From the human T2T-CHM13v2.0 reference genome, Homo sapiens: a stretch of 64,000 nucleotides of DNA. Below, one piece after another: positions 35,644 through 47,800 of this stretch. Position 1 is the stretch's first letter, and every line of letters starts with the position of its first letter. Location of the stretch: the NCBI RefSeq assembly GCF_009914755.1, contig NC_060930.1; one strand, 5' to 3'. Both the position numbers and the translations under genes were made by a program. The notes beneath the pieces are model-generated. The model was not told where the DNA came from and did no database searches. It was given only the letters and a program-made list of their open reading frames with translations.

Positions 35644-35709
35644 TGTTTTGTTGTTGTTGTTGTTGTTTGCTCTGTTTTGGTGTGTTTTTTGTTTTGTTTT
35701 GTTTTGTTT
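35644..35709. repeat. (TTG)n/(TTTTG)n low-complexity repeat
   Basis: Direct inspection. Confidence 0.8.
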
Positions 35710-36496
35710 AATGTAAGAACAAAAAGAAACACCAAAAACAGTAGCAAATCTCTTTGGATCATGTTGAGACAACAGAAGCAAGTAACTGAAGTTTGGCAAG
35801 TCAGGAGGAAGGGCATTTCAAGGAATGAGCAGCAAGCCTATCACTGAGGGAATACGAAAGATTCCAAGTCTCCTAATACAGCTTGAGGGCTGCTGCTCCT
35901 GGACCTGTAATAGCAGAGGCTATTAGATCCTTGAAGTTAGAGGGCAAGCTTGTACACAAGTGGGTTATACTATCATCGAGATCTGATGCTAAAGACAGAG
36001 AGATAGCATGTGCACATAAACATGGCTGGGCCACAGCAAAGGCTGTTAGAAATGAAATGATATGGTAGTCACATGAAAACACTGACAAAAAAAAAAAAAA
36101 AAAGACCTGGCTTCCTTGGCTCTGCATGTAGATAATCTCCCTCAGCTAATTACAGTAAATGCCAAAGATCTAACATCTTTCCTGCAGACCCACAAGGAAG
36201 ATATATGAGAAAATACTGTAGGATGCTTGCAAGACTGAATTTCCAAAGCAGCTTTAAAGGGAATTATAAGGAAGATGTTAGAACATTAGGGGAAAATCAG
36301 TGCTGTATTGCAAAGGAAATGTTTAATTGTAAAGAGATAACTGTTTTTTTGTACATGTGTTCCAACAGGAGATTCGTGAAAACTTAACTGAACTTAACAT
36401 GGTTATATGAGACAGCAAGTGACATGAAGGAGCAGACCACCAAGATTTTGGTAGTATATCCCAGTGTTCCTTTGTCATTGGCAACTTGTTCTCAGT

Positions 36497-36499
<3 letters not shown>

Positions 36500-36559
<60 letters not shown>
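36500..36559. repeat. (TA)~30 microsatellite
   Basis: Uninterrupted AT dinucleotide run of ~60 bp. Confidence 0.97.
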
Positions 36560-36562
<3 letters not shown>

Positions 36563-37348
36563 TATTCCTCCTCCCTCATAATTATTAAGTGAAACTCCCA
36601 GTTACCAAAGTTAGTTATTATTTTGATTAATTTGGCATTAAACCATTAGGAGTGATATACTTAACTCTTCCCATGGGAATTTTTCCTGCCAAAGAGACCA
36701 CCTCTTCTTAACACAGGTCAGTCTCCAGTTGGTAGATGCCTTTCACTCTCCCAATGGCAGGCATTTCAGGAGAAACAAACTTTTTGTCAGCACTCCTTAA
36801 AATATACCTTGGAGGTGACTGCATGTTCTGACTAAGCCTAACACTAGCTGTGTTAGGTACTTTGGATTTGCACACTGAGTTCCCTCTGGTGCTAATTAGT
36901 ATTAATAAAATGGAAATTTGTTATAGCATTTTCATTACCAAAATATAGTAAGTACCAACATTTATAAAAGATTTTGAGCCTCACTAAAAAATGAGGTGAG
37001 GTAGCAACTTTTTATCACCATATGAAATGTTTTCTGTAAAATACAAAAAATTAAATCTTTAATTACTAGAATCAAATAAAAAATTCACTTGTCAAGGAGT
37101 TTCTTTAAAAGATACTAGAAATAAAGTCTACAATATTGCATCTTCTCATCTCTCTTTTGAAAACTAATTTCAAGAAAAATATAAGCCTATTATTATTCTA
37201 ATTTATATCATAACAACTTCACTCTATAGATACATGTTTATTCAATACATTAGACATCTTTAAAATGCCCAGCTCCAAATGATATATAAAATATTACAAA
37301 AGAGAACTGAACACAGTTTAAGATATTGATTTCTAAGTAAGAGAAATT

Positions 37349-37662
37349 GGCCAGGAATGGTGGCTCATACCTATAATCCCAGAACTTTCGGAGGCTGAGG
37401 CAGGAAGATTGCTTGAGCTCTGGAGTTCAAAATCAGCCTGAGCAACATAGCAAAATCTTGTCTCTCCAAAAAAAATAAAAAAAAATTGGGTGGGCATAGT
37501 GGTGTATGCCTGTAGTCAGTCCCAGCTACGCAGTAAGCTGAGGCAAGAGGATTGACTAAGCCCAAAAGGTCAAGGCTGCTGTGAGCCATATTTGTGCACT
37601 CCAGCCTGGGCAACAAAGTAATAATCTGTCTCATAAAAAAAAAAAAAGAAAAAAAAAAAAAA
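37349..37662 (+). mobile_element. AluJ
   Basis: J diagnostics, long A tail, flanked by AGAGAAAT. Confidence 0.88.
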
Positions 37663-37789
37663 CACAGAGAAATCTTAAAGAAATCTCAAAAGGTGAAAAA
37701 TTTTACATTCTATCTTGAGCCATGAGCTAGGATAATAATAATCACAGGTCTACTAAGTTATAATTCTGGTCATCATTTCCTACACTAAG

Positions 37790-38355
37790 TATGATGATTA
37801 ATTTTGTGTGTTAACTTGACTGGCCATGGGGTGCCCAGATATTTGGACAAACATTCTGTATATGTCTGTGGGGGTGTTTTGGGATGATATTAACATTTGA
37901 ATCAGTAGACTAAGTAAAACAGATTGCCATCCCTAATGTGGCTGGGCCACATCCCATCAATTAAGCCCTAAATAGAAAAAACAAAAAAAGGCTGAACATC
38001 CCCACAACATCATGTAAATAAGGGAGAACTCCTCCTGTCTGATTACTGGAGCTGGAACACTGGTCTTTTCCAGCTTTGACTCAGATGGAAACATTGGTAC
38101 TTCATGGGTCTTGAGTCTTCTGGCTTTCCAACTGAAACTTACACTATCAGCTCTCCTCGTTCTCAGGCCCCAGACTTCAGACTTGGACTGGAACTACACA
38201 TTGGCCCTCGTGGGTCCCCTCATCTCTTATTAACTGCAGATCTTGGGACTTCTCAGCCTTCATAATTGTGTGCACCAATTGCTTCTAATAAATAAATACA
38301 TACACACATGCACACTCTATTGGTTCTCTTTCTCTGGAGTATCCTGACTAATACA
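37790..38355 (+). mobile_element. MLT2 (ERVL) solo LTR
   Basis: TATGATGATTAATTTTGTGTGTTAACTTGACTGG ... CCTGACTAATACA with a 5-bp TSD CTAAG. Confidence 0.88.
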
Positions 38356-38617
38356 CTAAGTTGCAAGCAAACAGTGTTGTGATAAAAGAAAGGAACTCAC
38401 TAACCCTGTAGGTGACCCAAATTTCTCTTTTCTGGATAACTTTGAGGAAGTTAATATTTATGAATAACTGAATAGCCTCTACTTCCTAATGACTAGATTA
38501 AGATTACACCTTTTTAAAAAAAACTAAAAATAATGTGTCTACAAGACAAAAACTTTCTTAACGAGTCAGTGGATTCAAAACCAGAATGAGTAACCTGTGC
38601 AAAACATGCATGGATTA

Positions 38618-38880
38618 CTCCCAACACTTTGGGAGGCCAATGCAGGAGGATCAGTTGAGCACAGGAGTTCAAGACCAGCCTGGGCAAAATAGCAAGACCC
38701 TCTCTCCACAAAAAAAGTTAGCCGGGCATGGTGGCACATGACTACAGCCCGAGCTCCTTGGGAGGCTGAGGCAGGAGGATCACTTGAGCCCAGGAGGCCA
38801 AGCCTGCAGTGAGCCAACATCACACCACTGCACTCCAGCCTGGGCAACAAAGCAAGATCCTATCTCAAAAAAGAAAAGAA
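38618..38880 (+). mobile_element. 5'-truncated AluJ
   Basis: CCCAACACTTTGGGAGG...CACTTGAGCCCAGGAGG... A tail. Confidence 0.87.
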
Positions 38881-39283
38881 CTGACTAGAAAGAGGACCCA
38901 AAAAAAGCAGAGGTCACATCAAAAAAAAAAAATTTAAAGAAAAGAAGAAGTCCCCTTTGTCCATTTATGACCATTTAGAAAAGGAAGCAAAGGGAAAGGA
39001 AACTAAGTTTGACCAAAAGCAACTTAATGGCTTCTCAAGCAGGAGACTTAGTTTTCAATATCTGGAATGTTTACATGACAGTGTAATATTTTCTTCTCTT
39101 TACATTCATACCAACGTCTCTCAATTCAACACCCACTCCAAATTTGCAACAGATTTTTTGATTCATCATATACCAGAAATTTATAGTCAACTGAACTTTT
39201 GTTAACCAATGGAATCTGTTACAAACTACTGTATTAAATATTTTGAAGGAATAATAAATTCACTTTAAAAGTCCCTCCCTCTT

Positions 39284-39900
39284 TGGAAAAAGATATACTA
39301 TTCAATAGAGTGTTGGCATATTGGGCACGGGCAGAATATAGGGGACATCTTCATCTCACACCAAATATAAAACAAATTCCAGGCCAGGTGAGGTGGCTCA
39401 CATCTGTAATCCCAGCACTTTGGAAGGCTGAGACAGGTGGAACACGAGGTCAGGAGTTCAAGACCAGCCTGGCCAAGATGGTGAAACCCCATCTCTACTA
39501 AAAAAAAAAAAAAAAAAAAAATTACAAAAATTAGCCAGGGGGTGGCAAGTGCCTGTAATCCCAGCTACTCAGGAGGCTGAGGGAGGAGGAGAATCATTTG
39601 AACACGATGGGCAGAGGTTCCAGTGAGCTGAGATCGTACCACTGCACTCCAGGCTGGGCGACAGAGTGAGACTCTGTCTCCAAAAAAAAAAAAAAAAAAG
39701 AAAAATAAATTCAAGATAAACTGAAGAGCTTAATGTAGTGTAAAAATATATAACTGACAGAAGAATATATACAATATCTTTTTATAGGCTTTTGGTGGAC
39801 AAGGTCCCCTAGGCAAGACCTAAAATTCAGAAGTCATAAAGAAAAAGACTACTAGATTGGATTACATAAAATGCTAAATTTCTGTGAGGGAAAAACACAC
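39284..39900 (+). mobile_element. Old L1M (L1ME-like) ORF2 3' fragment split by an Alu
   Basis: Diverged ORF2-like sequence continues across the Alu (CATCTCACACCAAATATAAAACAAATTC|AAGATAAACTGAAGAGC). Confidence 0.55.
39382..39701 (+). mobile_element. AluSg-like Alu with expanded middle A tract
   Basis: CCAAGATGGTGAAACC; A22 linker at 39500-39521. TSD AAAACAAATTCCA / AAAATAAATTCAA. Confidence 0.9.
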
Positions 39901-40105
39901 TTGATTATAAAAAAAAAAAAAAAAAAAAAAAGTCACAGTCTTCAGTCCCTACTCCCAACCTAGCTAATTAACATCGGAGCCTTGTAAGAGATGCTATCAT
40001 TGGCAGTTTTAGCAAATCTCTCACTAAGCACAAGATTCAAGAATCAGATTCAAATCCACCCACCTCTTCAGCTAGAGTCACCTCTTGCTTTGCTACTTGG
40101 TGCCT

Positions 40106-40915
40106 CAGGAGCAGATCAAGTTTTTGAGGGGTCACAATTTATATAAGTTAGAGGGGTTATTTCTAAGAAAAAAAATATATTACAAATATAAAATTAGGCA
40201 AATAATTAAGTATGTATTTAAAATAAAATAAATGATAACAAAATTTAAAATATATGTAACACAAAAATTTTTATATCTAGAAAAATAACATAGTATTTTT
40301 ATTTTCTGACTATACATTTTCCACATTTTTGCTTCCTACTCTTTGATCACGTTTTTTGAAAATTGTGTAATATTTTCTAGAGAGGATAAAAGGATAGTCT
40401 TTCTTCTATAAAAATGTATGGAAATTGTGTTTTATTAATAGGTTCACAAAGGTTTCTTTTGAGCTTTCCAACAATGGGCACCAGAGCACATATTCTTATT
40501 CACTTTGGTCATGATTCTGGATAAAGTAAGAGTTTTCCTGGAAGCAATTCCTACACAGAAAGGCCTAACAATAGCTTAACTATGTACAGAGGTGGCTGAG
40601 AACTATATCTAACTTACCAACTCCAGACTCACTGATGACCTGTCTCATTCTCTCCTTACCCAGATCTCAAAACTACCCACAATAATCGAAAACCCACCTT
40701 CCAAAAGAAGAAATGTGATCAAGGGAGAACTGGAATAGAAAAAGACAACAGTTTTAATTTCATATGGTTAAAATGTGTTACTCTGCAAATTTTACAAAGG
40801 CATATAACCCTATAAAAGCATCACTAGGATCCCTCACAGAGCTGTGGAAAGTGCCTGGCCAGTGAGGGGCCCTGTAACTTAAGTGTAATTCAATTAACAG
40901 TAAAATTTATCTCTG
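40106..40915. mobile_element. hAT-Tip100 DNA transposon relic (Zaphod/MER115-like)
   Basis: Termini CAGGAGCAGATC... and ...GAGGGGCCCTGTAACTTAAG...ATTTATCTCTG resemble Zaphod-family ends. Confidence 0.55.
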
Positions 40916-41239
40916 GTTTCTTCCCATACAGAGCAATGAATAAGGAGTTGGAAGAATGAGAGGCAAATAAGTGACAGAAGCAGTGATTTCAAGAAGTCCA
41001 TAATCACGTCAGCACACATCCTGCCACTTCTAGGCAGGGAGGCAGAAGCGTTGTTGGTGTGAAGTAAGCAAGGAAACAGGATCAGAATGAAATGCTTTAG
41101 GATATATCGCTCAAAGTAGGAGTCATATGATGATTGAATATGCAACATCACACTGCAGACATACATGAGATATACATGTGGGATGTATAATGGAAGGGTT
41201 CTCAAGAAGAAGGAAGGAGAAAGAAAGGAGAGCCTTGGA

Positions 41240-41400
41240 GTGGCTAAATACTTTATATACAAAATTTATTTAACTCCCACAACAATCCTAGGTATTATCA
41301 TGCCCATTTTACAGATGGAACTGAACATCAGAGAGGTTATGTAACTTTCCCAAGGTCACAAGCTAGTAAGTACTAGCCCTGATCCCCTGATTTCCTGCCT
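41240..41400 (-). mobile_element. MIR
   Basis: CCCATTTTACAGATGGAACTGA...TAACTTTCCCAAGGTCACAAGCTAGTAAGT. Confidence 0.75.
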
Positions 41401-41480
41401 GTACTCACTGGCAGTAAGCCTCTTTCATGCACCCTAGATAGGAAATGCCAAAACATAGGGACTTTTCAATACAAAGTGTA

Positions 41481-43559
41481 TGAAATGGTTTGGCTGAGTC
41501 CCCACCGAAATCTCTTCTTTTAGTTCCCATTATCCCCTTGTGTTGTGGGAGGGACGAGGTGGTAGGTAATTTAATCATGGGAACAGTTGCCCTCATGCTG
41601 TTCTCATGATAGTGAGTTCTCATAAGATCTGATGGTTTTATTAGGGGCTTTTCCCTCACTTCACTCATTCTCTCTCCTGCCGCCTTGTGAAGGACATGTT
41701 TGCTTCCCCTTCTGCCATGATTTTAAGTTTTTTGAGGCCTCCCTGGCCCTGTGGAAGGGTGAGTCAATTAAGCCTCTATCTAATTTATAAGCCTCTATCT
41801 AATTTATAAATTACCCAGTCTCGGGTATGTCCTTATAGCAGCATGAGAACAGACTAATACAGTAAACTGCTACTGCAGAGAATGGGGTGCTTATATAAGA
41901 TACCCAAAAATGTGGAAACAACTTTGGAACTGGGTAACAGACAGATGTGGGAATAGTTTGGAGGGCTCAGAAAAAGACAGGAAAATGTGGGAAAGGTTGG
42001 AACTTCCTAGAGACTTGGAGGGCTTAGAGGACAGCAAGATATAAGAAGGTTTGGAACTTCCTAGAGACCTGTTGAACGGCTTTGACCAAAATGCTGATAA
42101 GGATATGGACAATGAAGTTCAGGCTGAGGTGGTCTCAGATAGAGATGAGGAACTTCTTGTGAACTGAGTAAAGGTCACTCTTGCTATGCAAAGAGACTCT
42201 AGGGCATTTTGCCCCTGCCCTAGAGATCTGTGGAACTTTGAACTTGAGAGTGATAATTTAGGGTATCTGGCAGAAGAAACTTCTAAGAAGCAACGCGTTC
42301 AAGAGGTGACAGAGCATAAAAGTTTAGAAAATTTGCAGCTTGACAATGCAGTAGAAAAGAAGAACCCATTTTCTGGGGAGAAATTGGAAATTGTGTTTTA
42401 TTAATAGACTTCGGAGGATGTATGGAAATGCCTGGATGTCCAGGGAGAAGTCTGCTGCAGGAGCAGACCTCTCATGGAGAGCCTCTGCTAGGGCAGTATG
42501 GAAGGGAAATGCGGGATTGGAACCCCAACACAGAGTCCCCACTGGGGCACTGCCTAGTAGAGCTGTGAGAACAGGGCCACCATTCTCTAGGCCCCAGAAT
42601 GGTAGATCCACCAATGGCTTGCACCATGCACCTGGAAAAGCTGCAGGCACTCAACACCAGCCCATGAAAGCAGCCAGGTTGAGGGCTGTACCCTGCAAAG
42701 CCACAGAGGCAGAGTTGCCCAAGGTGTAGGAGCCTACCTCTTGCATCAACGTGACCTGGATGTGAGACATGGAGTCAAACGACATCATTTTGGAACTTAA
42801 AGGTTTAATGACTGCCCTATTGGATTTCCAAATTGCATGGGGCCTGTAGCCCCTTCATTTTGGCCAATTTATCCCATTTGAAATGGATGTGTTTACCCAA
42901 TACCTGTACCCCCATTGTATCTAGGAAGTAACTAACTTGCTTTTGATTTTACAGGCTCATAGGCAGAGGAAATTGCCTTGTCTCAGATGAGACTTTGGAC
43001 TCAGACTTCTGAGTTAATGCTGGAATGAGTTAAGACTTTGGGGGATTGTTGGAAGGGCATGATTGTGTTTTGAAATCTGAGGATATGAGATTTAGGAGGG
43101 GCCAGGGGTGAAATGATATGGTTTGGCTGTGTCTCCACCCAAATCTCATCTTGAATTTTAGTTTCCATAATCCCCATGTGTTGTGGGAGGGACCTGGTGG
43201 GAGGTAATGATATGGCTTGGCTGTGTCTCCACCCAAATCTCATCTTGAATTTTAGTTTCCATAATCCCCATGTGTTGTGGGAGGGACCTGGTGGGAGGTA
43301 ATTTAATCATGGGGGCAGCTGCTCTTGTGATAGTGAGTGAGTTCTCATGAGATCTGATGGTTTTATAAGGGTATTTTCCCCCACTTCCCTCATTCTTCTC
43401 TCTTCTGCAGCCTTGTGAAGAAGGACATGTTTTCTTCCCCTTCCACCATGATTGGCCTCCCAAGCCCTGTGGAACTGTGAGTCAATTAAACCTCTTTCCT
43501 TTATAAATTACCCAGTCTCAGGTTATTTCCTTATAACAGCACAAAAATGGACTAATACA
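41481..43559 (+). mobile_element. THE1C/D-like MaLR: 5'LTR 41481-41861, internal 41862-43113, 3'LTR 43114-43559
   Basis: Two THE1 LTRs (TGATATGGTTTGGCTG...ACTAATACA) with a PPT GGAGGGGCCAGGGGTGAAA before the 3'LTR. The internal region is shortened by a deletion near 42390-42410. Confidence 0.92.
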
Positions 43560-43560
43560 G

Positions 43561-44022
43561 TACTGAAGTCAAATTAAAAAAATGTAGAGATGAATCTGTA
43601 TATTTCACATTTTATTTGGGATACAAGAATTGTAATTCACGGCATAAACACAGATTGGCTAGTCTTTGGTATATCCACAAAACAAAGAGTAGTTTGATGA
43701 TTTTATAAAAAGGAGAAATGTTATGTGTTGTGTTTCCAGAAAGTTAATTGGCACTAGCAAATTTGGGGGGAGCTTGCAAGTTCTGATTGCTGAGTGACAG
43801 GAGTGGGTAAAACTAGTTTAAGAGTTGTAGTAAGTTATTTCAGAAGCCTTTAGATATAACTGGTTTCAGGGTACAGCAGGCAGTTTCAGCAGCCAGGTTT
43901 GCAGAGACTTACATTCTTGGAGCAATGTTTCCTGTGCCCTGAATGCCTTTTCTCCTGGTTTCTCAACTCTGTTTTAATTGAATATGACAAGAATGATTCA
44001 ATTCATATGATCAACTTTCACA
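43561..44022 (-). mobile_element. ERV1 MER4-group solo LTR (family uncertain)
   Basis: The minus strand begins TGTGAAAGTTGATCATATG...CATTCTTGTCATA and has an AATAAA near its 3' end. Confidence 0.6.
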
Positions 44023-44140
44023 AAGGTCATAGCCATTCAAATGGGCCTGTGAAAGTGAATAAATCAGCAGTTAAAGAAAATAAAGCAAGATATCTATAGT
44101 CAATCTTATGTAAAGCTGATGAGGGCAAGTGAAAGAAGGC

Positions 44141-44258
44141 TTCCTAGGAAATAGAAATTCTATAACGAAGCTTTCTGTTCCTAGAAAATAGAAATTCTAT
44201 AACAAACAAAATAGAAATAGAAATTCCCAGGGAACAGAAATTCTGTAACAAAGCTTTC
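44141..44258. repeat. Degenerate ~37-46-bp minisatellite, 3 units
   Basis: TTCCTAGGAAATAGAAATTCTATAAC / TTCCTAGAAAATAGAAATTCTATAAC / TTCCCAGGGAACAGAAATTCTGTAAC. Confidence 0.8.
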
Positions 44259-45389
44259 AATCAAACTTTCTAGCTAAATGCTATTGGAGTAGGTATTCAA
44301 GCCTCCCCTCATGTAATGAGATTTGACTGGAGACGATGAGCTTGAGTCAGGTGGGCATTGAATGAGAGGTGTCCACTCACCTGAACAGGAGTTTGCCAGC
44401 AATTCCCCATAAAATACAGGTCTTAAGCTAGGCAAATTCAAAGTGTGATTGGCATGTTAAAACTATGCCAATTTAAGTAAGAAATGGGCCTGCATAAATG
44501 AAAACTGGGCAGAGAGTATGGATATAAATGGCCATAAATTTATTTCTTCATTTAGAAGAAATAAATGAGAAATCTGTGAGATGAGTTTGAAGGGTTAAAA
44601 TGTCAGACATTATTTGGAAATCAAAAAATCATTATTTTCTTGATAATTAGAAAATAGAGGCAGGGTTAAATAATGACTTATTTATATCTAAGATAACTTA
44701 GGCTCATTTTCTCCTTTATTGAAATAATACCTGCAGTGATAGATATTTCCAGAAGTGAGAGATATATGTGTATTTGTATATATTTTTCCCAGAGCTTATT
44801 ATTTTGCATATTACCACTACATAGAGATGTTGTAAAAGAACTAAGAGCAAACTATGGCAAAGGCAGATAATGAAGGGGTAAAATTAATGTTTAAAATAGA
44901 ATCCTCAACAATCGGTGACAATAAAGGTAAATGATAAGTGAAATTGTATATTTCAGTAATGTAAGCATATAAAAGAAGATAGCTTTTGAAAGATTGAATT
45001 ACCCTCATTCATTCTGAAGAAAAAAAATAAAGTTTTATTATACATAGATGCTATGGAGTGGAACTCAATTGTGGGTGATCATAAAAGTATCTTTTACTTG
45101 CTGTCCCAAGCATTTGGAAGTGTAACAAATTCCAAGATTGGGCTGCAGAGCCTCTTTAAAAAGGGTATCCACATAGTCACATGGAATGAAGGCTAATGAC
45201 TGGGGTCTCATAAAAAAAAAAACTAGCTATTTGAATGTTTTCTCAGATGAGGGTTATACTAGGAAAATGAGAATCTACCTGAAAAGTTATCCTATTTGGA
45301 AAACGAATCAGAGAGCTGGGCAGGTATAGGGTATTTGTCTCTAAGCTACCAGAGACATATTTTTAATTGACTTACAACCACTAAAATCT

Positions 45390-45665
45390 GGCATATTATT
45401 AGAGGAAATACTTGTATGAGAGAAAATGGGAAGTGGGGGGGTAGGGAAGAATTGAGTAAGGCTAGAAGAGCTGCCAATATGCAGTGCAAGTCTGAGGGAA
45501 GGTTGAGTGCTGTGCAATCTAAGGAAGATCCAGCAAAGCCATCACAGATCCCTCAAGCCTAAGTTGGCTGTTAAGGTGTCCTTATCTCCCAGGAATTGAA
45601 CTGTTTTAATATTCCTGTGTCATGCAGTCATTGACTGCAAGTAGCCCATTGAAAGGGCAGCCACG
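45390..45665 (-). mobile_element. LTR16-like (ERVL) relic
   Basis: Diverged motifs such as GCAGTCATTGACTGCAAGTAGCCCAT. Confidence 0.45.
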
Positions 45666-47035
45666 GTGCCTCATATAATACACCTCCATCACATGCCAGG
45701 ACAACTTGGGCATCTCTACTTCATTGAGTGCTGGAGAATATTTTCCATGTTTCTATGAGCCACTTCAATAGCGAGTTTGCCCCATCCTCTACTTTCCTGG
45801 CTTAAGTGTAAAGCCCTTTGCCCCCAGACAGTGTTCCCAAGTCAAAAAATTCTAACAAGACTATTAAAACCCCTGCTGAACAGATTTTCCCGGACTCATG
45901 TGTGCCCAGCCTAACTACTGCAGCCTTAATCTGATGATTAGAGAAGACAGGTACAGCTAAGCTGGGCCCATTACAGAAAAAAACAGAGCCCAATGGCAAA
46001 ATTTACATCACTGATTGAGCATAAATCCTCAATACCATATAGAACACACCCAAACATGTCTACTCATCAAAACTACCTGGGGAGATTTATTTTTAATAAA
46101 GATGCTCACCATCCCTCCAATATATACTAAATTTAGACTCTTCAGAAGTGGAGGTCAATAAGTCGAAAGCTAGATATACTGAAATTAATTCCTATGTGAA
46201 TTGATTAGCTGGCTTGGAAGGAAATTCTTTAAAAGAAATTCTATAAATACTTTTCAGCAACAGCAATATTTTGGAATAATGGCTTAGTTCTCATTTCCTA
46301 GTCATGTTATAATTATATTTGATACTAGTCTTTATCTCAATGACTAAAAAAGAGCTTGCTTTCCTAGCAATAGATATTTGAGTCTCTTTCAATTGCAAAT
46401 AATAGAAATCTAACATCTTGACCTTCATGCCAATAGACTAACAAAATGAAAGCATTGAAACTAAATGCTGCTAAACTAATAGAATATACAGTTACCCTAG
46501 TGTCCACCAATTTAATGGAATTTCAAGATATTTACCCAAGTATGTGTAATTACTGTTGTGATTCATTTGCCTTTTGTGAACACACTGTTTTTAAAGTTTT
46601 AAAAAAGACAGATGAGAAAACCAGTCCATCTAAAATTAGAATCCCAGCACCATAAACATACACATTTTGTTTCTCTGGTCACACAAGTACAAGAATTCCC
46701 CACAAACTCCAAAATAATCATTATATTGATATTTCATTAACACTCACTGACCTGAAATAGCTTCAGGAAAATGTAACACCATTTTTAATACCCAAAGTAT
46801 GCAAATAGCTTATACTTCATTGAATCTCCTCATAATTCAACAGTGATCTAAACAGAAATTCAATACAGACACACAAAAAATGCAGAGAAAATAAATAAAA
46901 TCCCAGTAATTTACAAGATGCAACAAAAGGAGAAATCGGTATATGATGATGAAAAGAGAGAACCATATGCCTCAAATATAGCTAGTTAGTATAATCTGAA
47001 TGGTTCATCAGATTTTTAGATTAGTATCATTTATT

Positions 47036-47499
47036 TGTTGAGCTAAAAGGAAGAAGCTGAAGCAAAATTAACATAAAGAGTTTATTTGGGACAAGATTGA
47101 GGACTGTGGCCTGGGACACACTTCCAAAGTGCCTTGGGAAGTGCTCTGGCAAACAAAGGAGAGACTCAAGTTTTTAATGAAAAACGAGGCAAATCAGCAG
47201 AAGGGGAAACTATAAAAGTAGTTCATCAGGAATTCTCACTGGTTTACAGAAGTAACTTTGATTAGCAATTGGCTATACATTGTTAAATTACAGGGTAAGA
47301 GTTATGGTGGTAAGAGTATGTTATTTTATGGCTACTTGGTATTAGTTAGTAGCCACAAAATGCTCACACAGCAACTGGTTTCAAGAGGTAATGGTACTCA
47401 GTTCAATGGGGAGTGAAATTTGTTACATTTTAAATGCCTCTTTGGGACTGAAAATGTAAAGGAGCTCTCATTGCTCAGATAATTTTTTTCTTTCTCACA
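47036..47499 (-). mobile_element. ERV1 solo LTR (MER4 group, family uncertain)
   Basis: TG...CA bounded, ~460 bp, with a minus-strand AATAAA (GAGTTTATTTGGG on +). Confidence 0.55.
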
Positions 47500-47599
47500 T
47501 TCAATATTTATTCAACAAATGCCTATTGAATGAACGGATGGATAGATGGTGAAAGATAAAATGAAAAAAATTCAATGGTGTGCAATATCAAAGAAACAT

Positions 47600-47705
47600 C
47601 AGCTTGGAGCCAGACATACAGGGATTCAAATTTCCTATCTGCCACTAACTAGCTGTGTAATCTTGGGAAATAACTTAGATTCTCTGAGTTTCAAAGTTGT
47701 TGTTG

Positions 47706-47745
<40 letters not shown>

Positions 47746-47800
47746 GTGACAATGATATCTGCTTTGTAGGTTGCCTAGGAAAACTAAATGAGCTAATAAG
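47600..47800 (+). mobile_element. MIR containing a (GTT)n(GT)n microsatellite (~47696-47739)
   Basis: GCTTGGAGCCAGAC...CTGCCACTAACTAGCTGTGTAATCTTGGG, with the GT run inside the core. Confidence 0.75.

Noticed and set aside
35873-36127. 84-aa minus-strand ORF with a T-tract acceptor at 36082
   Set aside because: It starts in a poly(T) run, has no recognisable homology, and has no convincing downstream donor.
39909-39931. Orphan A23 tract as a solo poly(A) insertion
   Set aside because: No TSD visible; slippage expansion at the end of an L1M fragment is sufficient.
42186-42729. ORFs of 72-112 aa
   Set aside because: They are remnants of the THE1 internal region.
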